Shown here one piece after another: positions 62,565-64,000 of a stretch of DNA of 64,000 bases. Every line of letters starts with the position of its first letter. Positions within the stretch are counted from its first letter, which is position 1. The position numbers and the translations under genes were made by a program. Below the pieces are notes generated by a model. It was given only the letters and a program-made list of their open reading frames with translations. It was not told where the DNA came from and made no database searches. This DNA is from Mobula hypostoma (taxonomy: Eukaryota), in assembly GCF_963921235.1 (NCBI RefSeq), contig NC_086097.1:37946001-38010000 (forward strand). The letters run 5' to 3'.

Positions 62565-63727
62565 GTAATTCTTCCATTTACTCTAAAATATGAATGCTGT
62601 TTCATAAATGCTTAATTGAGTGCATTGTTTTTACATTAATGAAAGAAACCAAGAAAATGGTCACATATTTGTACATTTATTTGGTAATGAGCAATCATTT
62701 GAAAGTTTGCCCTTGACAATGTGAGCCCATGTTCAGGGGAATATCAATTATGTATGTGTAACTCAGTAATTATTTTTGCAAATATTTGTATTGTGTAACC
62801 TGAGTTGCACAGCATCATACTGCCTGTGTGGAACTATTGCTAAAGTAATGATAACATCTAAATTGAGTTAATTCATTTCAGATTCTTTTTAAAACAACGT
62901 GTTAATTTACCATTTATTTTCTCTGAAGTAAGTTTTTGTGCATTTGTTTTTCTAAGCCAAAGTAAATTTTGGAATTTAATGAAAAAAAGTTTTGGAAATT
63001 TTGCCTTCAGTCTTGCAATCACTGGAAGAAAACTGCTGATTACAATTGTAGTATACAGATTGTGCAGGACACATTGTTTTCTGGTTGGATGTTTCAGTGG
63101 GGACCAGTTTAAGCTTACCTGTACCAGCTAAAGGGAAGATTTGTTGTTGAAGCAGGTGCTGGTAGATGTACTATAACAAAAGCTAACTTGTGAAATTGTG
63201 AAGCATGCCGCACATCAAGCTGGCTCCATTTTTGGACATGGCACTAAATACCTTGGCAAAGGCAGGAGAGGAGATAGCCTGAATTTGTAGAGACCTGAAG
63301 GCTCTCCAGCCCGATGATCAGAAACCAGTATTGTGTAGTCCTAGAACTCAATGCCAAGAGTCTAGACCTGAGCACCTGAATGCAATGGAATGTGTTGAAT
63401 GCCATGTACTACCAGTGACTTCAATCATGCTGTACTTCCTACATGCACACCAGCCAAATATTTCTGTCAAGACTAGCATGGATAGACCTCATGTCAACAT
63501 CTGAGTTGTCATTCATTGGCAGTTATTTAACTATGATCTGCATAACCTAAAAAGATTGCTTAGACCTAACTGGCATCTTTCTACCTTGTGGAGTCAGGTT
63601 GGATAACTCTGAATACAAAGGTGGTAGCTAGAGAGGATGGGCCTTCTACACCACTAAAATATTTTAAAGGAGACATCAGTGGATTCTTGTGCCGAAGCTG
63701 TGACACTGAAGCGGCTGAGAACATGGT

Positions 63728-64000
63728 AAAATCATAGACATAGGAGCAGAAATAGGCCAATCTGCCTGTCAGGTCTGCTCTGTCTTTTAATCATGGCTGA
63801 TTTGTTATCCCTCTCAACCCCATTCTCCTGCCTTCTCCCTGTAACCTTCTGATGCCTTTACTAATCAAACATCTATCAGCCTGGGCTTTAAATATACCCA
63901 ATGGTTGGCCTCCACAGCCATTTGTGGCAATGAATTCCACAGATTCACCACCCTCTGGTTTTTTTTTAAAAAAAAAAGATCTTTCCCCTTTCTGGTCTAA
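63728..64000 (-). mobile_element. CR1 3' end (runs off window)
   Basis: ATCATAGACATAGGAGCAGAAATAGGCC and GAATTCCACAGATTCACCACCCTCTGG, as in copies at 52078 and 56506. Confidence 0.85.

Noticed and set aside
1..64000. Prokaryotic systems (CRISPR, operons, defence loci) or intact autonomous elements
   Set aside because: The sequence is eukaryotic intronic/intergenic DNA; no regular repeat-spacer array is present and every RT or transposase ORF is truncated or disrupted

Overview
AT-rich, repeat-dense vertebrate genomic DNA. The repeat mix (Penelope-like GIY-YIG retroelements, CR1, Rex1/Babar, RTE, V-SINE, Tc1, Harbinger, hAT) points to a cartilaginous fish, probably a ray or skate (inference). 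One host gene appears to start here. A CpG-rich promoter and phase-1 first coding exon at 12633-12855 (+) resembles reticulon RTN1 exon 1. It is followed by a very large intron and a well-formed 39-nt in-frame exon at 62526-62564. Nearly all other ORFs in the track are transposon fragments or noise. Most notable: (1) a 118-codon WDR89 fragment captured between inverted CR1 pieces inside a Penelope copy; (2) Penelope insertions with minimal hammerhead ribozyme motifs and a constant 13-bp target-site duplication, including two ~200-bp ORF-less fold-back elements; (3) a composite DNA transposon present twice; (4) an RFX X-box inside the coding exon; (5) a solo LTR with a 6-bp TSD. Family assignments come from motif recognition and recalled protein sequences, not database searches. 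Boundaries of old repeats are approximate.
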